Shown piece by piece: positions 8,362-17,940 of a stretch of 64,000 bases of DNA; position 1 is the stretch's first letter, and the number at the start of each line of letters is the position of its first letter. A model generated the notes under the pieces. That model worked only from the letters and a program-made list of their open reading frames with translations. It was not told the origin of the DNA and did no database searches. This stretch comes from Promethearchaeota archaeon (GTDB lineage Archaea > Asgardarchaeota > Lokiarchaeia > Sigyniarchaeales > SOKP01), in contig JAEOSU010000048.1 of the NCBI GenBank assembly GCA_016840165.1, forward strand, positions 1 to 64,000, given 5' to 3'. Both the position numbers and the translations under genes were made by a program.

Positions 8362-10644
8362 TCATCGCTGTTTCACAGGAGCAAATACAGTGAAAAAGTC
8401 TTTTTGTATTTTTGAAAGACCTTGAAATTTGATAATAATCTTATTTCCAGTAAACGTAGTGGCGTATAGGGATCCAAAGTTATTCCCAAAACCTGAAAAT
8501 AAAATAATGTCCCCGTTATTTAACTTGGAATCTAATTTAGAGGAATCTTTCACCCGTAAATACATTCCTTTTTTGAGATCTGCCAAGGTTCTCACATTAT
8601 GAATGTTAGAAAATGATTGAGTCCCAGTATAATGTTCATAAATATAATCGTATAGATTAGCCATAGGTTTCTTTTCAATTTTAAGTATTTCTCCCTTAAT
8701 TCCTCTACGTGCAATAAGTAATGCTGCTATTGCGTGATCAACAAACCCCTTAGCGGTAACTTGATTTACTAATTCTCCTTTTTGAAGATGAAAAAGGGCT
8801 TCTTTTGTTGTCTTAAATTCATCAACCATGTAAATATCCGGCGTGGGTAATATATTGAGTTGATCAATTGTATCATCTTTATCTAATGAATCTCCGGTAA
8901 TATTAAAATAATCGATTAAAAAATTGGCAATAAAAGAAGAACCAGGACCATTACCGATAAAAACTTTTTTAATTAAGTCTTTATCATTACCCAAAAAAAG
9001 ATCTAATTCATATCTAATTTGCTCTTCAGAAACAGAACGAGATCTCTTGTCGTCGATACTTCTTTTAAGATTCACATACCATAATGATGGTAAAGCACCT
9101 TGTTCGATTAGGCAAAAACCAAAGTGTCTAGTACCAGGGTCTATGGAAAGGATTTTATCTTCAAAATCAAATCTGATTAAGCTAAAATCCGCTTGCCCAT
9201 TCGTAAGTTTCATAATGGAATTAAAAAATGATTCAAAAGCATAATTTTTTACTTGCAAGAAGAAAGTGTTTGACTTTGACTGATATAAAATATCGATATT
9301 GTATTTTTCAATTAGGCTAAAAAGAGCATTATGATTAGAAACTTTTACTATAACATCTTGATAAGGAATAATTTTGATTATTTTTACTTTTTCTATCGCT
9401 CGAGTGATTGCTTGGGCGATATCTCCTTCATTTTTCCCAGAATAAATGTCAATATGCAAACCATCTAAATGAAAGGCATCATAAGCTACTGAGGCACCGA
9501 GAATGTCATATAATCTTGTAGCTTGGATTCCATCTCGATTTACGGTTAATTTATTTTTTATGCGCGGAACGATACGTACAGTAGCAGAATTAAAAGTAGC
9601 TTTCGTAGATTGATTGATGGTAATTATTCCTTTTAATTTTGATCCAACAATCTCAAAATCGATTAAATCTTCTAATCTTTCTTTAAGAAGAGTAAATTGT
9701 AGGTCTCCTGTAGCCAGAATGGTAATTTCACTTTTTTTGTAATAATAATCAATATTAGGAATAATTTTTTTTATAGATTCAAGCACGTCAATAGCCACCT
9801 TAAATTTAATAGGATCCGAAATGGAAATATAAAATTCCTTTCGAGGGACTATTTCCGCTAATGAATTTATAAGTTTTGGAGAAATTACCTTACCTTTATA
9901 GTATTTTGTTCCCAAGTCTATAGAAGACCCTATATTTAGTTGGATCTGAACGATATCTCCTTCTTGAGCTAGTTTTAATGACTCTCCTTTTAATGTAAAT
10001 ATATTTCTAATCTTAATCTTCTCATTGATCCAAGTATTATTCTTGATATGCCCTGAAAGGATTCCTACATATATTAGTTCTCCAAATCCTTTTTTATTGT
10101 GAAATCCAAGATTAATAAATGATAGATCATCTCCATTCTCTTCTTGTTTTCTAATTTGAATTGCTATCTTTTCAATCAACTTATCAATTCCAATCAGATT
10201 TTTTGAGGAGGTTTTTACAATTGAAGAAATGTGCAATTTTTCAAATTTTTTAATCTCTTTTTCAATTTTCTCGGAATTAGCATTTGGTAAATCCATTTTG
10301 GTTATTGTTAATAATACGGGCAAGTTTTTTTCTATAGCTTTTTCTATAAGCCAGTAAGTTCTCGCCTGAAATCCTTCAGAACCAGATACCACAAGAACTA
10401 ATAGATCAGCAATTTCTAATCCTAAAGCAATTCCCCCTTTAAAATCAGCATGACCTGGGGAATCTAAGAAATTCACCACGAGATCTTTCTTTGGAATCGG
10501 AAATTGAATTATCTTCAAGGATACTGTTGTACCATGATTTAATTCAAAATCTAAAATATCAGGAAATTTACCACATACTGCATGAATAAGGCTGGATTTA
10601 CCATGTTGGGCGTGTCCTGCTATTAAAACGTTTAGTGTCCTCAT
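8362..10644 (-). CDS. EF-G/EF-2-like translational GTPase fused to YqgF/Tex-like RNase H-fold domain
   Basis: G1 GHAQHGKSS, G3 DSPGHADF, G4 TKMD; EF-G-like domain II-V motifs; then ILSIDPGT, IGNG, VDE..TT, VDH.IAALLI. Confidence 0.8.
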   Translation of the reverse strand: MRTLNVLIAGHAQHGKSSLIHAVCGKFPDILDFELNHGTTVSLKIIQFPIPKKDLVVNFLDSPGHADFKGGIALGLEIADLLVLVVSGSEGFQARTYWLIEKAIEKNLPVLLTITKMDLPNANSEKIEKEIKKFEKLHISSIVKTSSKNLIGIDKLIEKIAIQIRKQEENGDDLSFINLGFHNKKGFGELIYVGILSGHIKNNTWINEKIKIRNIFTLKGESLKLAQEGDIVQIQLNIGSSIDLGTKYYKGKVISPKLINSLAEIVPRKEFYISISDPIKFKVAIDVLESIKKIIPNIDYYYKKSEITILATGDLQFTLLKERLEDLIDFEIVGSKLKGIITINQSTKATFNSATVRIVPRIKNKLTVNRDGIQATRLYDILGASVAYDAFHLDGLHIDIYSGKNEGDIAQAITRAIEKVKIIKIIPYQDVIVKVSNHNALFSLIEKYNIDILYQSKSNTFFLQVKNYAFESFFNSIMKLTNGQADFSLIRFDFEDKILSIDPGTRHFGFCLIEQGALPSLWYVNLKRSIDDKRSRSVSEEQIRYELDLFLGNDKDLIKKVFIGNGPGSSFIANFLIDYFNITGDSLDKDDTIDQLNILPTPDIYMVDEFKTTKEALFHLQKGELVNQVTAKGFVDHAIAALLIARRGIKGEILKIEKKPMANLYDYIYEHYTGTQSFSNIHNVRTLADLKKGMYLRVKDSSKLDSKLNNGDIILFSGFGNNFGSLYATTFTGNKIIIKFQGLSKIQKDFFTVFAPVKQR

Positions 10645-10654
10645 CTAAATCTCT

Positions 10655-11107
10655 TTATTCCCTTCTCTTTCCTTCTAGGCTTTCAAAGTAATCTAATACT
10701 GATTCTTTTATTTCAATCGCAGGAAAAATAAGTCTAGATTTATTTACATAATTTATTGCATCAGTCCAAGTCCAATCGGGATAATTCCTCATTAGCCAAG
10801 CTACAATAATACCACCACTCCTACTGATGCCCATTGCACAATGAATCAAAACACTCCCTTTATGGATATTATCATCAATAAAATCTAAGATTTCTTGAAT
10901 ATAGTGGTGAGGAGGATACCAATCATCCGGAAAACCCCGATATAAATAATTAAATCCATCAGAAGTCGGATCATAAAGATCATCTTCCATCAAATTCACT
11001 ATCGTTTTTATTTTCAATTCTTTGAATTTTTTAAAGTTTAAACGGGGCCAGTAAGCTCCAATATAAAGATTCTCATGAACTTGATAAATTTGATCTAATT
11101 CTACCAA
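10655..11107 (-). CDS. Dual-specificity protein phosphatase
   Basis: VLIHCAMGISRSG (HCxxGxxR), NLYIG, general-acid Asp in FPDD. Confidence 0.92.
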   Translation of the reverse strand: MVELDQIYQVHENLYIGAYWPRLNFKKFKELKIKTIVNLMEDDLYDPTSDGFNYLYRGFPDDWYPPHHYIQEILDFIDDNIHKGSVLIHCAMGISRSGGIIVAWLMRNYPDWTWTDAINYVNKSRLIFPAIEIKESVLDYFESLEGKRRE

Positions 11108-11200
11108 TCCATATGCACTCTGATAATAGTATCAATGTTAATGAGAAGAAAAATATTGTATTTCATAAAAATTTTCACCATCACCTTTAGAATCTGATAT

Positions 11201-11779
11201 CTAACCATTTTTATTGACTAATAAATGTAGCTTCTCTTTAAGAAATTGAACAATCTTTCTTTTGATTGGATTGTTAGAGCTTATAAGCGAAGTTATCACA
11301 CCTATAAGTAAAACTATAAGAAATTGGTTGAATGTGTCGCAAACTCCAAATATACACTGATAATATGGAAACTCTAAAAATGTCATTATACAAAAAATCC
11401 ATAATGCATAGATGCAACTAGCTCCGAGCATAATTATAAGAGACACGTTTAATCTAAAGATGATTATAAAGCAGGGAATAACCGTAACAAGGTGAAATAA
11501 GGCAAATATAATATTTAATTGAGAGAAATCATATATCATTACAAATAAATAATTAAAAGTTAAAGGTATAGATAAACTGTTTAATATCTTCTTATTATTA
11601 AGAAGTGTGTAATTGGAAATTAATAAAGCATAGACTGAAATTAATAAAATTACCGGTAAATTTACAATTATCCCCCCAATTAAAAAAATAATTAGCATAA
11701 TACTGCTTATGATGAAAAAAATAGTCTTTTTTCTGTTATTTTTATTCTCATTTAAGTTGTTTAGAAAGCGTTTTGTCAA
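11201..11779 (-). CDS. Hypothetical multi-pass membrane protein
   Basis: About 6 hydrophobic segments; co-oriented with neighbours, 7 bp gap. Confidence 0.65.
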   Translation of the reverse strand: MTKRFLNNLNENKNNRKKTIFFIISSIMLIIFLIGGIIVNLPVILLISVYALLISNYTLLNNKKILNSLSIPLTFNYLFVMIYDFSQLNIIFALFHLVTVIPCFIIIFRLNVSLIIMLGASCIYALWIFCIMTFLEFPYYQCIFGVCDTFNQFLIVLLIGVITSLISSNNPIKRKIVQFLKEKLHLLVNKNG

Positions 11780-11786
11780 CGTGGAG

Positions 11787-12440
11787 TCATCCTCCTATTG
11801 GTTTATCTTTATTTTTATATCTTATAAAAAATCTACCAGTATTTAACTTATAATTGACATACTCGTCCTCAAAATATTCGATTAATATTTTTTCCTCATC
11901 TATGGCCTGAAAATATAATCCTAGGGCTCCAATTATATAGAGAAAAAGAAGTAACCAATCTAACAAGATCATGATAAAGCCTACGCAAATTAAATTAAAT
12001 GAGAGATAAATTGGGTGTCGTATTTTACTATATATACCTGAAGTCACTAATTTTTTCGGTTTTTTAATTCCATCAATAGGATAAAACCAATAAATACCTA
12101 ATTCATGATAAGCAAGATAAAGACTAACATTTCCTCCTAAAACTAAAGTTAATCCAATAATCTGTACAATTTCATCAACTAAGCCTAAATCTATACGTGG
12201 AATAATTATGGATAAAATATCAAAGAAAAAAATATTTAAACATACAAGGGTTATAAAGATATTCAAAACCCATACGCCAATACGAGCAAATAATCGTGTT
12301 TCTTTAAGTTTCTTCTGAATTTCCTCGTTACTCGAATTATTTTTATTCCGTTTTTTGGTTAAGATGATATATGTGATATTATAACCAAAAACTAAAAAGC
12401 CGATAATAAGAAAGATTTGAATGATTAGTTTTGGAAACAT
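11787..12440 (-). CDS. Isoprenylcysteine carboxyl methyltransferase / PEMT family protein
   Basis: LVTSGIYSKIRHPIY and EE..L...F...Y..Y motifs; multi-TM. Confidence 0.85.
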   Translation of the reverse strand: MFPKLIIQIFLIIGFLVFGYNITYIILTKKRNKNNSSNEEIQKKLKETRLFARIGVWVLNIFITLVCLNIFFFDILSIIIPRIDLGLVDEIVQIIGLTLVLGGNVSLYLAYHELGIYWFYPIDGIKKPKKLVTSGIYSKIRHPIYLSFNLICVGFIMILLDWLLLFLYIIGALGLYFQAIDEEKILIEYFEDEYVNYKLNTGRFFIRYKNKDKPIGG

Positions 12441-12564
12441 ACGAGCTTAATTCCCCTTAGAACGGTAAAATCCAAATCAGCGGCGATAGAGTAAGGAATA
12501 ATTATTTGAATTTAAAAATATCGTATATTAGCAAGAAATATAATATAGTAAATTGACAGCGTAG

Positions 12565-12954
12565 CTAAGCTTTGCTTTTTTCAAGATTGCGGCTAGCAAT
12601 AATATTTATCCCCATTTCTAAAATATTTTCAATTAGAATATCTCCCATCTTGATAGGCGCTTTTATTTGACTTTGAGCAATAATCTCTAATGCCTCATTC
12701 AGTTTGTCCTTTAGTAAGGGTTTATCTGTTCGTACAGGTATTAAGGGAAGTGTTCCATTTTCTACTTTCATGGTAGTTGTGAGAATTCTTTTTGGTTCCC
12801 GAAACTCTTGTTCAGCATATTCTAAGCCTCTATTGCAGGTATATCCCTCAAAACTTACTTCCTTATCATCTTTTCCTATTACCTTTATTGAGCATCCTGT
12901 GGGGCATACAATACATCGTATAACTTTTATCACATTTTTACTGCTTTCAGCCAT
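12565..12954 (-). CDS. DUF1667 family CxxC protein (small subunit of the GlpA-type cluster)
   Basis: CIVCPTGC, GYTCNRG..YA..E...PKR.LTTT, APIKMGD. Confidence 0.85.
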   Translation of the reverse strand: MAESSKNVIKVIRCIVCPTGCSIKVIGKDDKEVSFEGYTCNRGLEYAEQEFREPKRILTTTMKVENGTLPLIPVRTDKPLLKDKLNEALEIIAQSQIKAPIKMGDILIENILEMGINIIASRNLEKSKA

Positions 12955-12956
12955 AA

Positions 12957-14264
12957 TTAAATCACCTCATCTTCTTCGATTAATACCTCTAGGCGAGGAA
13001 TCACTTCAATAAAAATATTATCCGTTTCAATTTTAGTCTCTAGTTTATCAAAGTTTATTTTTAATTCAATCATTTCACTTGGAATGACATACACTTTCTT
13101 TCTTTTGTAGATAACGTGGTTGTCTTTATCTTTAATTTGAATTTGTACCCTTCTGTCTGGAAATTTAACTCGGAAAGTAAAGATAATCTCCTTAGATAAA
13201 TTTTCCTTATTGATAAAATCAGGTTTTACATAATTAACATTATCACCTGCAATACAATTTATTTTTCCTTTAGAGGAAATATCCTTACCATAACGAGTAT
13301 TAATGTACTCAATAGCATTCATTCCAGCTCTTTTAGCTTCGGCACTGACTAAATCTACCAAATCATGGACTTGTAAGACGTTTCCACAGGCAAAAATCCC
13401 TTCGATATTTGTCTCTAAATTATTGTCAACTATTGGTCCTCCATTATTAGATAGTTCTGCTCCCGCGTTTAATGTCAATTCATTTTCAGGAATTAAACCT
13501 ACCGATAAAAGTAAGGTATCACATTCTATGAATTTTTCGGAACCTATGATTCTATCAAAATTTCTGTCCACTTTGCTTATAGTAACTCCCTGAACTCTGT
13601 CTTTTCCGTGAATTTTGGTGACCGTATAGCTTGTAATGAGGGGAATATCATAATCTTCAAGACATTGTACTTGATTTCTTAATAGACCGCTTACATAAGG
13701 TAAAATTTCAACAACTGCTTTTACTTCACATCCTTCCCATGTTAAACGCCTTGCCATTATCATGCCAATATCTCCACTTCCAAGAATTACATAACTAGTT
13801 CCAGGAAGATAGCCTTCAATATTTACGAATCTCTGAGCCTGACCAGCTGTATAGATTCCTGCAGGTCGAAATCCAGGAATATTAATAGCGCCCCTTGTTC
13901 TTTCCCTACATCCCATCGCTAATATTATAGCTTTTGCTTGAATTTCAATTAAACCCTCTTTTTTGTTCACCGCATAGACTTTTTTCTCTTTTGTAATCTC
14001 AATAACCATAGTATCCAATAAATATGGAATTTTCAACTCATTCACCTGATTTATGAAGCGTTGTATATATTCTGGTCCAGTTAATTCTTCTTGAAATTCT
14101 TTAAGTCCAAATCCATTATGAATACATTGAAGCGTGATGCCTCCTAATTCTTTATCTCTTTCCAAGATAAGTACACTTATATCTGCCTTTTTTACTTCTA
14201 TTGCTGACGCTAATCCAGCAGCTCCCGAACCAATTATGAGTACATCAGCTTTATATGATTTCAT
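12957..14264 (-). CDS. NAD(P)/FAD-dependent oxidoreductase
   Basis: GSGAAG, GG...QCIHNGFG, AMGCRERTRG, GSGDIG, GIFACGN. Confidence 0.9.
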   Translation of the reverse strand: MKSYKADVLIIGSGAAGLASAIEVKKADISVLILERDKELGGITLQCIHNGFGLKEFQEELTGPEYIQRFINQVNELKIPYLLDTMVIEITKEKKVYAVNKKEGLIEIQAKAIILAMGCRERTRGAINIPGFRPAGIYTAGQAQRFVNIEGYLPGTSYVILGSGDIGMIMARRLTWEGCEVKAVVEILPYVSGLLRNQVQCLEDYDIPLITSYTVTKIHGKDRVQGVTISKVDRNFDRIIGSEKFIECDTLLLSVGLIPENELTLNAGAELSNNGGPIVDNNLETNIEGIFACGNVLQVHDLVDLVSAEAKRAGMNAIEYINTRYGKDISSKGKINCIAGDNVNYVKPDFINKENLSKEIIFTFRVKFPDRRVQIQIKDKDNHVIYKRKKVYVIPSEMIELKINFDKLETKIETDNIFIEVIPRLEVLIEEDEVI

Positions 14265-15751
14265 TCAGTCTCACCTTTATTTTTATTTTCAATAAGCCGA
14301 TCTTTTGTTTTTCCTACGAGAAAATTAGTATATTCGCCTCTTTTAGTAATCTCTTCAGGAGGAATATATAATTCTCGCGATAATATTTCAATTACTCGCG
14401 GTCGACAGAAACCTCCTTGACACCTTCCCATTCCTGGCCTACATCGGAATTTTATTCCATCCACAGTCGTCGCACCTACAGGGGCATGGATCGCATTTAA
14501 AATTTCCCTCTCGGGTATTGTTTCACATCTACAGATGATTCTTCCCCACGTAGGATCTTCTTTAATTTTTTTATCCAATTCTTTCTTTGAGAAATCTTTA
14601 AATCTTTCTGGTTTCGGTCGAATTGGATTATAATCCTCTTTAATTTTGAGCTCAACTCCTAAGAGTTTCAAAAATTCTTCAACTTTTTCAGCTATCGCAA
14701 AACAAGAAGTCAAACCAGGCGAAAGAATCCCTGCTACATTTATAAAACCATAGACATCGGTATTATCGATAATATAGTCTCCAATTTTATCGGTGATACT
14801 ATTATAAGGCACCGCTCTTAATCCAGCAAAGTTTTTGATTGATGCTTTTGTAGGTAGATTCGGTACTAACATACGTCCCCCTTCCAAAATTTCTTTTAAC
14901 CCTGCCTCTGTAGTTGATATATCTTTTTTATCAGTAATATTTTGAGCATTTGGACCAACAAAAGTATTTCCATGGAGGGTTGGGCACACTAATATTCCTT
15001 TTGATACTTTTGTTGGAATAGGAAAAAGAATTTTATTCAAATGCATTGCATTTCGATCAAATAAAATATATTCTCCTTTTCTAGGCATGATATCAAAATA
15101 GTCTAATCCTACCATTCTTGAAATTCTAGCGGCATATAAACCAGCGGCGTTTATGATATTACGAGATTTAAATTCACTAGAACTTGTTTTAACTCTAAAA
15201 ACATAGTTCTGCCTATTGATCCTCTTTACTTTTTCGTTCCGAAAAAAAGACACACCATTCATCGCTGCATTTTCAGCTAAGGCAAAAGTTAATTCGTACG
15301 GACTCACAAGTCCTGCAGTAGGTGCATGAAGAACCCCCACAACATCATCAGTAAGATTCGGCTCCATATACTTGATTTTTTCCTTATCTAAAATAAGTTC
15401 TAATCCTGGAACCCCATCTTCTATACCAAGTTTACGTTCTTCTTCAAGATGTTTTATCTGCTTGTCTTCTAAAGCAACAACAAAAGACCCATTTCGAACA
15501 AAAGGGAAATTAAGTTCTTCATATGCTTGTGTATACAATTTATTGCCCTGAATGCATAGATTTCGTCTTATATATTCCCTTGATGCGGCATATCCCGCAT
15601 GAACTACTCCAGAATTAGCTTTTGTTGTTCCTGAAGCAATATCTGCGTCTTTTTCTAATAGAGCAATATTTATATCATATTTTGATAATGTTCTTGCGAT
15701 GCAACAACCAGTTACTCCACCACCAATTATTAGGACGTCAAAAATCATCAT
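14261..15751 (-). CDS. FAD-dependent glycerol-3-phosphate dehydrogenase/L-2-hydroxyglutarate oxidase-like protein with BFD-like [2Fe-2S] domain
   Basis: GGGVTG, TTKANSGVVHAG, SPGLT, C-terminal CRCE...GRCQGGFC. Confidence 0.85.
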   Translation of the reverse strand: MMIFDVLIIGGGVTGCCIARTLSKYDINIALLEKDADIASGTTKANSGVVHAGYAASREYIRRNLCIQGNKLYTQAYEELNFPFVRNGSFVVALEDKQIKHLEEERKLGIEDGVPGLELILDKEKIKYMEPNLTDDVVGVLHAPTAGLVSPYELTFALAENAAMNGVSFFRNEKVKRINRQNYVFRVKTSSSEFKSRNIINAAGLYAARISRMVGLDYFDIMPRKGEYILFDRNAMHLNKILFPIPTKVSKGILVCPTLHGNTFVGPNAQNITDKKDISTTEAGLKEILEGGRMLVPNLPTKASIKNFAGLRAVPYNSITDKIGDYIIDNTDVYGFINVAGILSPGLTSCFAIAEKVEEFLKLLGVELKIKEDYNPIRPKPERFKDFSKKELDKKIKEDPTWGRIICRCETIPEREILNAIHAPVGATTVDGIKFRCRPGMGRCQGGFCRPRVIEILSRELYIPPEEITKRGEYTNFLVGKTKDRLIENKNKGETE

Positions 15752-15882
15752 TATATCCCCATAAAAAATAATGAATTTAATTTATTCCGTTATGCATTAA
15801 TTAGTAAGATTTCTTTAAAATTTAATTAAGTATAGCTTATAATTTAAAGATGATTTATGGCGAGCTATATGAATGAGAGAGA

Positions 15883-16239
15883 TTAAGAAAAAGTATATAT
15901 GAGCCATAAAAAGTTAAATAATACTGCCAGTATGATTAATGCAATTGTTAAAGGGTTAAAAACAATGTTTCGAAGAGATTTTGTATATTTTAGTTCCAGA
16001 TTTCCTTTTAAAAGATTGCTAATAGTAGTATTTTTGTTATAGAGTGCCTTCTTCATATGGTAAGAGCCTAAAAAGCGGGGAGTGGATAGATTGCGAAAAA
16101 ATTTATTTGGATCTTGGATAGAAAAAGAGTTTAATTTATTATTATTAATAATATCTTCATAATCCTCTAAAATATTCGCATTATCTAATACCTTATCAGC
16201 TTCAATCTTAGAATCTTTCCTATTATCAACTTTTTTCAT
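15883..16239 (-). CDS. Hypothetical protein with single C-terminal TM helix (tail-anchored)
   Basis: Hydrophilic body, terminal PLTIALIILAVLFNFLWLIYTFS. Confidence 0.6.
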   Translation of the reverse strand: MKKVDNRKDSKIEADKVLDNANILEDYEDIINNNKLNSFSIQDPNKFFRNLSTPRFLGSYHMKKALYNKNTTISNLLKGNLELKYTKSLRNIVFNPLTIALIILAVLFNFLWLIYTFS

Positions 16240-16361
16240 TTTAAAATGTACTCAACGCTGTAATTTAATCACTTTTCAAGTATTATATATCTACGCTATT
16301 TTAAATTTTTTATGATTATATACAATAAGAAAATTGCTTTTTTTAGGTTTATACCGAACTA

Positions 16362-16775
16362 TTACCACAGTGCTTCTTTTAATTTTTGTGTTGGATCTAA
16401 GGATTGCTCGACATGGATTCCAAAATCAGAAAAGATACTGATATCGTTGTCCCAGTTTGTTAATTTTTCTTGAGTATAAACTTCAAAAAATTTATCAGAT
16501 ATAATCTTTAATTCACCAATAACTTTTTTCTCTTTAACTTTATTGGGAGCACTTCCTACAAAGAGAAAATCTCTACGCTTTACTATGACAAATCGAATAT
16601 TAGACATCTCAAAATTAGAAATTCCTCCATCAGATAATTTTTCAGCAAAAGTATTCAAAGCACTCATGAGAGCCCCGAAAAGCTGGGGATTTATTCTCTC
16701 TTCATCACTTACTTTCGAAAATAATGTGACCCCTGTGCTTGTTAGTATCCATAAATCTCTGATTATTTTAGCCAT
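16362..16775 (-). CDS. Longin/roadblock-like domain protein (Asgard type)
   Basis: LWILTSTGVTLFS...LFGALMSALNTFAEKL...beta strands...helix ending W.ND...F..F. Confidence 0.7.
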   Translation of the reverse strand: MAKIIRDLWILTSTGVTLFSKVSDEERINPQLFGALMSALNTFAEKLSDGGISNFEMSNIRFVIVKRRDFLFVGSAPNKVKEKKVIGELKIISDKFFEVYTQEKLTNWDNDISIFSDFGIHVEQSLDPTQKLKEALW

Positions 16776-16960
16776 GATGTTCTCCTGTGTGAAAGTATAT
16801 CTTGGTAGAAAAAAAAGGCTTAAGATATAATAGCTGAAAATTAATTATTCTTTTTTAATAGTATAAATTTCTATTTCTAAAAATATAAAATTATTACCTA
16901 TTTAAATTTGCTTTTCTTTACAAAAACATCTAAATTCACTTATTAAAGGTTTTACAATTA

Positions 16961-17848
16961 ATGAAATGGAAAACAAAAATAACAGAACTTATAAAAATAA
17001 AATATCCAATTATTATGGGAGCTTTTGCAAGTGTAGGACGAGCTGAATTTGCTGCCAGTTTCTCAAATGCTGGGGGTTTAGGCATCATTACAGCTCTTAA
17101 CTTTGGGACAAATGAAGATTTTAAAAAAGAAATGAAGAAAATGAAAAAACTTACCGATAAACCTTTTGGTGTTAATTTTTCGATAATGCCCCCAATGATG
17201 GCCGCAAAAGTACCTCATCCGCGAAATGAAGATTTTTATATGGATTATTTAGATATTGCACTCGAGGAGGGAATCAAAATTTTTACGACTTCTGCATATC
17301 AAGCTCCAAAGATATCTAAAAAGATATTAGATTCAGGATCTATTTGGTTTCATAAATGTACCACATTAAAACATGCGCTTTCTGCAGAAAGGTTAGGCGC
17401 TCATGGAGTCACGATTGTCGGAGTTGAGGGTACTGGGTTTAAAAATCCCATTCAAAACACTACGTTGGTAAATATGACTATGGCTCGAAAATTATTGAAG
17501 ATTCCCCTCATCGCAGCAGGAGGTATCGGTGACGCAAGAGGCTTTCTTTCCGCCTTGGCAATGGGAGCTGATGCTGTATGCTTTGGCACAGCAATTTTAG
17601 CTACATATGAATGTAAAGCTCCCCAAAGCTATAAACGAAAATTAATTCACCAAGACGTTTTTGATGAAGAATTTTACCATAAGATCTTTCACCATCAACT
17701 AAAAGATAAAAGTATTTGGAGTTATGCGGCAGGTCATATTGACAAAGAAATGTCAGTTCATGAATTTATTGAGAGTGAGATTATAGAAAAGGCAGAAGAA
17801 GTATTGAGAGACTGGGGATTTCAAGGAGATAGATTTCAAACCTTTTAG
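16961..17848 (+). CDS. Nitronate monooxygenase / FabK-like flavin oxidoreductase
   Basis: YPIIMG, SNAGGLG, TDKPFGVN, IAAGGIGD, GADAV..GT. Confidence 0.88.
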   Translation: MKWKTKITELIKIKYPIIMGAFASVGRAEFAASFSNAGGLGIITALNFGTNEDFKKEMKKMKKLTDKPFGVNFSIMPPMMAAKVPHPRNEDFYMDYLDIALEEGIKIFTTSAYQAPKISKKILDSGSIWFHKCTTLKHALSAERLGAHGVTIVGVEGTGFKNPIQNTTLVNMTMARKLLKIPLIAAGGIGDARGFLSALAMGADAVCFGTAILATYECKAPQSYKRKLIHQDVFDEEFYHKIFHHQLKDKSIWSYAAGHIDKEMSVHEFIESEIIEKAEEVLRDWGFQGDRFQTF

Positions 17849-17940
17849 AAGATAGTGAGTAAAATTTTAAGACTTATATCCATAACTTTAATGGCAATTA
17901 AATTTAGTATAAAAAGCAAATTAATTACTAGGAGATATAT

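Noticed and set aside
12441-12564. GC-richer intergenic patch (GGCGATAGAGT) resembling the start of a fluoride riboswitch, with a weak hairpin
   Set aside because: Wrong strand for the downstream gene, and the pairing partner and 3' consensus are absent
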